A stretch of 64,000 nt of DNA. Origin: Alphaproteobacteria bacterium. Lineage in GTDB: Bacteria > Pseudomonadota > Alphaproteobacteria > GCA-2731375. The number at the start of each line of letters is the position of its first letter. Position 1 is the first letter of the stretch. Under the pieces are notes generated by a model. That model did not search any database and was not told the DNA's origin. It was given only the letters and a program-made list of their open reading frames with translations. Positions 25,655 through 32,385 of the stretch are shown here, piece after piece. Where the stretch lies: NCBI GenBank assembly GCA_016776605.1, contig JADHTB010000022.1, positions 714 through 64,713 on the forward strand. Direction: 5' to 3'. The position numbers were made by a program, and so were the translations under genes.

Positions 25655-26920
25655 ATGTCCGCCGCTCCACCCTCCAAAGATCGACGATCCGACAACTTGG
25701 CAGCTATCTCGCCAGGGATTTATCCCGGCTGGATCATGGTGGCTGCTTGCTTCGTGCTGGCTTTTTTTGCCTGGGGCCTGGGGTTCTATGGCCATGGCTT
25801 TTTTATTGCCGCCTTGCGGGCCGAACGGGGCTGGTCGACGGGCCTGTTGTCGGGCGCGGTTGCGTCGTTTTGGTTCGTTGGCGTGCCGGCGGTGGTGCTG
25901 ATCGGGCGGCTGCTGGACCGCTATGGGCCGCGCTGGATTGTCCTGTACGGCGCGGTGGCCATGGGGTCGGCCGGCATATTGGTTGGGCAGGCGACGGAAA
26001 TCTGGCAGATATTTGTCCTGTTCATGATCATGGGGTCGGCCTATCCAGCGCTGGCGACCGCCGCCATCAGCGCCTCGCTGGTGCCCTGGTTCGACCGCCG
26101 TTTGGGTCTCGCACTGGGCATTGCGCTATCGGGTGCATCGGCGGGCGGCGTATTGATGCCACCCGCTCTGGTGCGGTTATCATCGGCGTATGGCTTTGAT
26201 CTGGCCTTGGCAGGTGTGGGCACGGCGATTTTAGTGCTGATAATTCCCCTGGCGCTGTTTGTCCTGCGCCGGCCCCGTAACGCCGGGGAAACGGCCGGGG
26301 AGCGCAAACCGCCAGCCAGTCACAATACGGCCGCGGCGCAACCGGGCATGGGGCACTTTCTAGGCGCGGGCCCATTCTGGCGCATCGCCGCCGCTTCCAC
26401 TCTGGCGTTGGCGGCGCAGGTTGGATTGTTGATGCACCTGTTACCGGCGCTGGAAACCGAATTGGGCCTTTCGGCTGCTGCGTTTGCCGTCAGTGTGGTG
26501 GCGGGCAGCGCCGTGATTGGCCGTTTCGTGCTGGGCGGTCTGAGCGCGCGGTTCTCTTTGCCCTTCCTGGCGGCTGGTTGTTATCTGATCCAGGCGGCGG
26601 GTTTGGTTTTAATCGTTTTGGGCCAGGGGCCGATCCTGCTTTATGCCGGTTCCGCGCTGGCGGGTGTCGTGGTTGGCTGTATCGTCATGCTGCCGCCTTT
26701 GTTGTTGAGCGGCGCATTTGGCGCCAATGGCTATGGTACGGCCTATGGATTAATCAGCGCCATTATGTTCCTCGGCGCCAGCACAACCACCGCCGCGGTG
26801 GGTATGCTGCGTGATATGATGGGCAGTTACACACCGTCTTTTCTACTATTGGCCGGCATGGAACTAACCGCCGCCATTGTCATCACCTGGCGGCGCGCGC
26901 GGTCAAATGGATCACAATAG
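25655..26920 (+). CDS. MFS transporter
   Basis: About 420 aa with 12 predicted TM segments and a DRYGPR-type loop motif (LLDRYGPRW). Start is ATG 25655 or GTG 25646. Confidence 0.85.
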   Translation: MSAAPPSKDRRSDNLAAISPGIYPGWIMVAACFVLAFFAWGLGFYGHGFFIAALRAERGWSTGLLSGAVASFWFVGVPAVVLIGRLLDRYGPRWIVLYGAVAMGSAGILVGQATEIWQIFVLFMIMGSAYPALATAAISASLVPWFDRRLGLALGIALSGASAGGVLMPPALVRLSSAYGFDLALAGVGTAILVLIIPLALFVLRRPRNAGETAGERKPPASHNTAAAQPGMGHFLGAGPFWRIAAASTLALAAQVGLLMHLLPALETELGLSAAAFAVSVVAGSAVIGRFVLGGLSARFSLPFLAAGCYLIQAAGLVLIVLGQGPILLYAGSALAGVVVGCIVMLPPLLLSGAFGANGYGTAYGLISAIMFLGASTTTAAVGMLRDMMGSYTPSFLLLAGMELTAAIVITWRRARSNGSQ

Positions 26921-26936
26921 TCCGGAAATGCTCTAG
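26918..26936. repeat. 19-bp MITE family B-like relic bridging two convergent stop codons
   Basis: TAGTCCGGAAATGCTCTAG (compare TAGAGCCCGGAACTGCTCTAG at 50275). The left TAG is the MFS stop; the right CTA is the fliP TAG on the minus strand. Confidence 0.6.
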
Positions 26937-27739
26937 CCAAAGCTTTTGACCAAGCTGGAGGTAATAAGGGTCCAGCCATCGACCAGGACGAAAAAGATCA
27001 GCTTGAAGGGCAGGGCGATCATGATCGGCGGCAGCATCATCATGCCCATGGACATCAGCACGCTGGCCACCACCATGTCGATAACGATAAAGGGGATGAA
27101 AATCAGAAAGCCGATTTCAAAGGCCCGGCGCAATTCGCTGACGATGAAGGCGGGCACCAGAACCTGCAATGGCGTTTCAGCCACGGTATCGGGAATAGGA
27201 TATTTCGTCATGTTTATGAACACGGTCAGGTCCTTTTCCCGGACATGCTGGATCATAAATCCGCGGAAGGGTTTCATGACGCGTTCAAAGGCCTGGTACT
27301 CGTCGATCTCTTGGGCGATCAGGGGCGCGACGCCGGTTTCGTAGGCTTCTTCGAACACCGGCGACATGATGAAAAAGGTCAGGAACATGGCCAGGCTGAT
27401 CAGCACCGTGTTGGGTGGTGTCTGTTGCACACCCAGGGCGCTGCGCAACAGCGACAGGACGATGATGATCCTGGTGAAGGAGGTAACCATGACCAGGATC
27501 GAAGGCGCCAGGCTGAGAACCGTCAGCAGGGCGATAAATTGTATCACCCGGGCGCTGAGTTGCCCGTCGCCGCCCAGATCCAGGTTCAAGGATTGCGCCG
27601 TGGCGGCCGAGGGCATGAATAGAACCAGGGCGGCCAGCAGCGCCAGCGGCGCCAGCAGACTGATCCGGATGGCCATGCGGGTGGATGCGCTACTGTACTT
27701 GGCGGTTCCTGTTACCTTTGTGACCTCTGGGGCACTCAT
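26933..27739 (-). CDS. fliP: Flagellar export apparatus protein FliP
   Basis: 268 aa. LTVLSLAPSILVMVTSFTRIIIVLSLLRSALG...FIVSELRRAFEIGFLIFIPFIVIDMVVASVLMSMGMMMLPP. Confidence 0.95.
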   Translation of the reverse strand: MSAPEVTKVTGTAKYSSASTRMAIRISLLAPLALLAALVLFMPSAATAQSLNLDLGGDGQLSARVIQFIALLTVLSLAPSILVMVTSFTRIIIVLSLLRSALGVQQTPPNTVLISLAMFLTFFIMSPVFEEAYETGVAPLIAQEIDEYQAFERVMKPFRGFMIQHVREKDLTVFINMTKYPIPDTVAETPLQVLVPAFIVSELRRAFEIGFLIFIPFIVIDMVVASVLMSMGMMMLPPIMIALPFKLIFFVLVDGWTLITSSLVKSFG

Positions 27740-28020
27740 GGGCGGGCACCGCCAACCGGCGTGATGCCCGTTTCAATGACCCGTTCGCCATCCGCTCCCA
27801 GTAAAATCAGATGTTCACGGTCATCGCGGCGGATCAGTACCAGGCGGCGCCTGGGATCAACGCTCAACACCTCGACCACTTCCAGCCGGCCAGAGGGTCC
27901 GCGCTTGCCGGTTTGCACGCCACCCATGCCCCAGCGCCGGGCCAGCCAGGCAAAACCGCCGATCAAGCCCAGCACCACCAGCAGAGCCAGGACAAAACGC
28001 ACATAGTTCGCCCATTCCAT
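27736..28020 (-). CDS. fliO: Flagellar export protein FliO
   Basis: ORF 27736..28200. Start MEWANYVRFVLALLVVLGLIGGFAWLARR at 28020. Single TM helix plus RLEVVEVLSVDPRRRLVLIRRDDREHLILLG. ATGA overlap with fliP. Confidence 0.8.
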   Translation of the reverse strand: MEWANYVRFVLALLVVLGLIGGFAWLARRWGMGGVQTGKRGPSGRLEVVEVLSVDPRRRLVLIRRDDREHLILLGADGERVIETGITPVGGARP

Positions 28021-28328
28021 CACTCGGCACCTTCGCCGCTGGCGGTTTCGGTCACGCCCAGGTCTTCCATCCGCTGTTGCAATTTGTCGTGGGCGCCATG
28101 GATATCGTTTTCCAGGGCCTCTAGCAGTTGTAGGGTTGATTGCAGGCTGGCCGCGTAACCCTGGGCGACTTCCGTGGGCAGGGCGGCAATTTGTTCGCAC
28201 AAACCCTCAAGCACGCCCGTCAGGGGCGCCAAATCGAAGCTCGCCTCGCGGTCCAGATTTTCCCGGGCCGCGATGATGGCGGCGCGAATATGGTTCAATG
28301 CCTGTTCGGGCTGTGGTGCGCTGGTCAT
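28020..28328 (-). CDS. Hypothetical acidic helical 102-aa protein, translationally coupled to fliO
   Basis: TGATG overlap with the fliO start, first gene of the fliO-fliP transcription unit, no recognisable family. Confidence 0.5.
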   Translation of the reverse strand: MTSAPQPEQALNHIRAAIIAARENLDREASFDLAPLTGVLEGLCEQIAALPTEVAQGYAASLQSTLQLLEALENDIHGAHDKLQQRMEDLGVTETASGEGAE

Positions 28329-28521
28329 TTCAGTATACTTTTTCCTGTTTGCCCGATTTTTCGCTTAATTTTACCCTGGCCTGATCCAAACGGGGCGCGG
28401 CCAATTCGCGGCGCCGGCCCGCATGGCGATGCCGCCGCACGAACCTGATGCAGTTATCGCGCTTTATGCTTAACAAAGATTAAATGCCCGGCCGACCCGG
28501 GTGATTGGCGCGCGTTCGCGG

Positions 28522-28537
28522 TTAAGGCTTTATTAAC
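28522..28537 (+). promoter_or_regulatory. Consensus CtrA box upstream of flgB
   Basis: TTAAggctttaTTAAC is a perfect TTAA-N7-TTAAC in the fliO-operon/flgB divergent region. Confidence 0.6.
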
Positions 28538-28609
28538 GGCTATGGAGCGAATATGGCGGAACCACCGAAAGGCGGCGCGGATGCCGTTGTTGGCAAGGAT
28601 CAAGGTGCT

Positions 28610-29017
28610 ATGACAGTAAGCGATATGAGCTACTTTAAGGCGTTGAACACGCGCATGACCTGGCTGACCGCGCGTCAGCAGGTCTTGGCCGAGAATGTCG
28701 CCAACGCCAATACACCGGGTTTCCTGTCCAAGGATCTTGCGGAACCGAACTTTCGCGATTTGCTGCGCAAAAGCTTGGCCCCTGTCGCTTTGTCACATAC
28801 CTCCGAAAGGCATATCCAGGGGATTGGGAATACCAGCGCCGTGAAGTTCAAGGTTGAGAATTCCGACGAACCTCCCGACAAGTCCGGCAACAGCGTGACC
28901 CTGGAAGCCGAGATGATGAAGGTTTCGCAATCCGTGGCCGACCATGTGCTGATGTCCAATTTGTACAAAAAGGGCATGGGCCTGTTGCGGATAGCCCTTA
29001 GCCGTCCGTCGCGTTGA
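28610..29017 (+). CDS. flgB: Flagellar proximal rod protein FlgB
   Basis: ORF 28553..29017. ARQQVLAENVANANTPGF is the FlgB signature. I prefer ATG 28610 (MTVSDMSYFKAL) because ATG 28553 is only 16 nt after the CtrA box and 28610 gives the usual ~135 aa. 28553 remains possible. Confidence 0.85.
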   Translation: MTVSDMSYFKALNTRMTWLTARQQVLAENVANANTPGFLSKDLAEPNFRDLLRKSLAPVALSHTSERHIQGIGNTSAVKFKVENSDEPPDKSGNSVTLEAEMMKVSQSVADHVLMSNLYKKGMGLLRIALSRPSR

Positions 29018-29070
29018 TTGACGGATGTCGGCGGCGTTTGGCATTGGCCTGGTTTGGGAGTAACGGCTGA

Positions 29071-29478
29071 ATGGATTTTGATAAGACTATACAGATTTCG
29101 GCTGCCGGCTTGCGGGCGCAGGGCGTGCGCATGCGCATTATCGCGGAAAACATCGCAAACGCTTCGACCAAGCCATTGGCGCCGGATCAGGATCCCTACC
29201 GGCGCAAGTTGATCAGCTTCAAGAACGAACTGGACCATAAATTAGGCGTCCATATGGTTGCCGTTGCCGACATTAGCAAGGATAAAACGGAATTCACCAA
29301 ACGCTTTGAACCCGGCCATCCCGGCGCCGACCGAGAAGGCTATGTGAAGATTCCCAACGTCAACGGCATGATCGAGATGATGGATATGCGTGAAGCGCAG
29401 CGCAGCTACAAAGCCAACATCAAGGTGATCGAGGCGGCCAAGCGGATGATGATGCTCACGATCGATTTGTTGAAATAG
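29071..29478 (+). CDS. flgC: Flagellar rod protein FlgC
   Basis: 135 aa. ISAAGLRAQGVRMRIIAENIANAST...GYVKIPNVN...EMMDMREAQRSYKANIKVIE. Confidence 0.95.
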   Translation: MDFDKTIQISAAGLRAQGVRMRIIAENIANASTKPLAPDQDPYRRKLISFKNELDHKLGVHMVAVADISKDKTEFTKRFEPGHPGADREGYVKIPNVNGMIEMMDMREAQRSYKANIKVIEAAKRMMMLTIDLLK

Positions 29479-29554
29479 GGCGCCCGGTGGCGGCGCAAAT
29501 TGATGCCGCGTCCGGCCGGGAGATCTCGCGCCGGCGCTAGAGGAGAACAAGAGA

Positions 29555-29872
29555 ATGGATGCTAAGGTCGTAAATGCCTCAATCGCTTACGTTGAAGCGC
29601 TGAAACGGTCCATGGACGACGGCGGAACCGCGCCACAGCAGGGGACGGACGCCGGATCAGGCTTTGCCGATATACTGCGGGATACGATTTCGGGCACGAC
29701 GGCCGCGGTCAAGGGCGCCGAGACAGTGAGCATTCAGGCCGCCGCGCAACAGGCCAACATCACCGATGTGGTAACGGCGGTCTCCAACGCCGAAATGGCA
29801 TTGGAATCCGTGGTCGCGGTGCGCGACCGGGTCGTCCAGGCCTATCAAGATATTCTGCGTATGCCCATTTAG
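29555..29872 (+). CDS. fliE: Flagellar hook-basal body complex protein FliE
   Basis: 105 aa. C-terminal TDVVTAVSNAEMALESVVAVRDRVVQAYQDILRMPI. Confidence 0.9.
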   Translation: MDAKVVNASIAYVEALKRSMDDGGTAPQQGTDAGSGFADILRDTISGTTAAVKGAETVSIQAAAQQANITDVVTAVSNAEMALESVVAVRDRVVQAYQDILRMPI

Positions 29873-29892
29873 GGCGGTTTGAGGGGCTAATC

Positions 29893-30159
29893 ATGAGTGT
29901 GCCGGACGTTCTCGACATTGCGCGAGACGCTATTTTTACCCTGCTGCTGATCTCGTCACCCATCATGGGGGTCGGCTTGGCGGTTGGCCTGATCATTGCC
30001 TTGGTGCAGGCCCTGACGTCGGTCCAGGAAATGACCCTGGTGTTCGTGCCGAAGATTTTCGCCATTTTTCTGGCGCTGCTGGTTTTTCTACCCTTCATGA
30101 TTCAAAATCTGACCTCTTTCATGGACCGGATCGCCCAGCGCATCGTCAGTTTATCTTAA
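29893..30159 (+). CDS. fliQ: Flagellar export apparatus protein FliQ
   Basis: 88 aa with two TM helices. LISSPIMGVGLAVGLIIALVQALTSVQEMTLVFVPKI. Confidence 0.93.
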   Translation: MSVPDVLDIARDAIFTLLLISSPIMGVGLAVGLIIALVQALTSVQEMTLVFVPKIFAIFLALLVFLPFMIQNLTSFMDRIAQRIVSLS

Positions 30160-30301
30160 TACCCGCTATCAGTTTGGGATGCTTCGCATGACGGTTTTGC
30201 AGGTTTTTTCCGCCAGGATGGTGACGTGTAACGCCGTCCAAGGCATCCGCGGACCCGCCGTCCAGGCCGCCTGTCCCGATTGCGGGTACTAGGCGGCGGC
30301 G

Positions 30302-31066
30302 ATGTTGGGGCAAGTCCTGCCTGCGGAAATATTCGCGTTCATGCTCGTATTTTCGCGCATCGGCGCCGCTGTGATGCTTTTGCCCGGCATTGGCGAAAAC
30401 TATGTCTTCGCCCGTATCCGCCTTTCTCTGGCGCTGGCCCTTACCCTGGTCATGTACCCCCTGGTCCGGACTGAATTGCCGGTAATGCCGCCCTCTCCCC
30501 TGGGCTTGTTCATCCTGATCGCCGGGGAAGTCATCATCGGTTTATTTATCGGCGGCGCCTCGCGCCTTTTAATCTCCAGCCTGCATGTCGCCGGCGTCGT
30601 CATAGCCTTTCAAAGCAGCTTGGCGTTCGCCCAGACCGTTGATCCCAACCAGGGCACTCAAGGCGCCGTCATGAGCGCCCTGATGACCATCACCGGCGTG
30701 GTGCTGATTTTTGTATCCGGCTTGCACATGTTGTTATTAATCGGCATTCGCGACAGCTATACAATGTTCCCCGCCGGAGACGCGCCCCCGATTGCTGATT
30801 TTGCCCAGTTGGCGGTGTATTTGGCAGCATCTTCATTCAATGTCGGTTTGAAGATGGCCTCGCCTTTTATCGTTTACGGCCTGATTTTTTATATTGGCCT
30901 GGGCATTCTGCAGCGCCTGATGCCCCAGGTGCAGTTGTTTTTCATCGCGGTTCCGGCGCAGATGATGATGGCGTTTCTGGTGATCACGTTGGTGTTTTCG
31001 TCGACGCTGATGGTTTTCCTGCATTATTTCGAGGAAAACGTCATTCTATTCACGGCGGGGCGGTAG
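30302..31066 (+). CDS. fliR: Flagellar export apparatus protein FliR
   Basis: 254 aa polytopic protein. FMLVFSRIGAAVMLLPG..., positioned between fliQ and flhB. Confidence 0.9.
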   Translation: MLGQVLPAEIFAFMLVFSRIGAAVMLLPGIGENYVFARIRLSLALALTLVMYPLVRTELPVMPPSPLGLFILIAGEVIIGLFIGGASRLLISSLHVAGVVIAFQSSLAFAQTVDPNQGTQGAVMSALMTITGVVLIFVSGLHMLLLIGIRDSYTMFPAGDAPPIADFAQLAVYLAASSFNVGLKMASPFIVYGLIFYIGLGILQRLMPQVQLFFIAVPAQMMMAFLVITLVFSSTLMVFLHYFEENVILFTAGR

Positions 31067-31069
31067 CCG

Positions 31070-32173
31070 ATGTCAGATGATCAGGATAAATCCGAAAAGA
31101 CAGAAGAGCCGACCGGGAAGAAGATTGACGACGCCTTCAAGAAAGGCCAGGTGCCGAAAAGCCAGGAAGTAAACCACTGGTTCATGCTGGCCGGCGGTGC
31201 CGCGGTGCTTGGTCTGTTCTCCACCGACATGGCCAATGGCGTGATCGTTAATTTTACCCAGTTTCTGGCCGCGCCGCATACAATCGCGACGGACGCGGGT
31301 CAATTGCTTCAAATGGGGCAAGCTCTGGGCTTCAAGGTCGTGGGCTTTCTTGCCGTGCCATTGGGGGTTCTGGTGGTCGCGGCGCTGGCCGGCAACTTGT
31401 TGCAGCATCGCCTGGTTTTTTCACCCAGCAAGATGGCGCCGGAGCTGTCCAAGCTATCCCCCCTGAAGGGAGCGAAAAAGATATTCGGCTCCAAGGGGGT
31501 GATTGATCTACTCAAGGCAGTCGCGAAAATTATTGTCATAGGCGGGCTGGTGGTCAGCATCGTTTGGCCGGATTTGGCCGATTTGCGCCACATGCCGACC
31601 ATGGAATTGACTGCGATCGGGGGCTTCATCCGGCATGAAGCGCTAAAGATAGCGCTGGCGGTTCTGGCGGTGATGGCGGTGGTGGCGGCCGCCGACAGCT
31701 TTTATGAGCGCTATTCCTGGTTTGAGAACCTGCGTATGAGCGTCAAGGATCTAAAGGATGAAAGTAAACAGGCCGAAGGCGATCCGCACGTCAAGGCGAA
31801 GATCAGACAATTGCGCAGCGAGCGGGCACGCACCCGCATGATGCAGGCGGTGCCCGATGCGGACGTGGTGATCACCAACCCGACCCATTTTGCCGTCGCC
31901 CTGAAATACGATGGCGAGGCCATGGCGGCGCCCAAGGTGGTGGCCATGGGCCAGGACAACGTCGCCCTGCGCATCCGTGAAGTAGCCGAGGAAAACAATG
32001 TCCCCATCGTGGAAAACCCACCCCTTGCCCGTGGCCTGTACGCGGCGGCGGAATTGGACCGGGAAATACCCACTGAATTCTTCAAGGCGGTGGCCGAGGT
32101 TATCGGCTATGTCATGCGCCTGCAGGGTAAAATGGCCCGGCGCTCTGGCGCCACGGGGCGCGGCCGCCCTTGA
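31070..32173 (+). CDS. flhB: Flagellar export switch protein FlhB
   Basis: 367 aa. SEKTEEPTGKKIDDAFKKGQVPKSQE and the NPTH autocleavage site (VVITNPTHFAVALKY). Confidence 0.95.
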   Translation: MSDDQDKSEKTEEPTGKKIDDAFKKGQVPKSQEVNHWFMLAGGAAVLGLFSTDMANGVIVNFTQFLAAPHTIATDAGQLLQMGQALGFKVVGFLAVPLGVLVVAALAGNLLQHRLVFSPSKMAPELSKLSPLKGAKKIFGSKGVIDLLKAVAKIIVIGGLVVSIVWPDLADLRHMPTMELTAIGGFIRHEALKIALAVLAVMAVVAAADSFYERYSWFENLRMSVKDLKDESKQAEGDPHVKAKIRQLRSERARTRMMQAVPDADVVITNPTHFAVALKYDGEAMAAPKVVAMGQDNVALRIREVAEENNVPIVENPPLARGLYAAAELDREIPTEFFKAVAEVIGYVMRLQGKMARRSGATGRGRP

Positions 32174-32192
32174 TGTGGACTCCGGGGCGGCG

Positions 32193-32297
32193 CTAGAGCA
32201 ATTACGAATTAATGAGAATCGCGAAGCGATTCTAAGTGATTGGAAAAATTGCTCTAATGCTAAAGATCTGAGCATTTTCAGAATGAAAATGCTCTAG
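32193..32297 (+). mobile_element. MITE family A, full 105-bp copy (module 1 with TIRs TAGAGCAATT/AATTGCTCTA plus hairpin module GAGCATTTTCagaatGAAAATGCTC)
   Basis: CTAGAGCAATTACGAATTAATGAGAATCGCGAAGCGATTCTAAGTGATTGGAAAAATTGCTCTAATGCTAAAGATCTGAGCATTTTCAGAATGAAAATGCTCTAG. It differs at 3 of 105 positions from the inverted copy at 39745-39849. TA on both flanks. Confidence 0.9.
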
Positions 32298-32348
32298 GCC
32301 GTGGATGGCCAGATAGGTTGGCCAAAATAGGCATATGGACGTAAGCTC

Positions 32349-32364
32349 GTTAACCATAAATTAC
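32349..32364 (-). promoter_or_regulatory. Near-consensus CtrA box (reverse orientation) upstream of the CckA-like kinase
   Basis: GTTAAccataaaTTAC has one mismatch to GTTAA-N7-TTAA and ends 22 bp upstream of ATG 32386. Confidence 0.35.
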
Positions 32365-32385
32365 TGGCAAGGCAGATAGCGGAAA

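Noticed and set aside
28470-28483. TTAAcaaagaTTAA considered as a CtrA box
   Set aside because: The spacer is 6 nt, not 7, so the half-sites would be out of phase. The perfect box at 28522-28537 is kept.
32193-32297. Conserved peptide-like reading FRINENREAILSDWKNCS...DLSIFRMKML across family A MITEs (tails of track ORFs 31998..32297 and 39745..40086)
   Set aside because: The conservation is explained by near-identical DNA repeats. The reading frames enter from non-coding or antisense sequence, there is no start or RBS, and other copies are truncated at different points.
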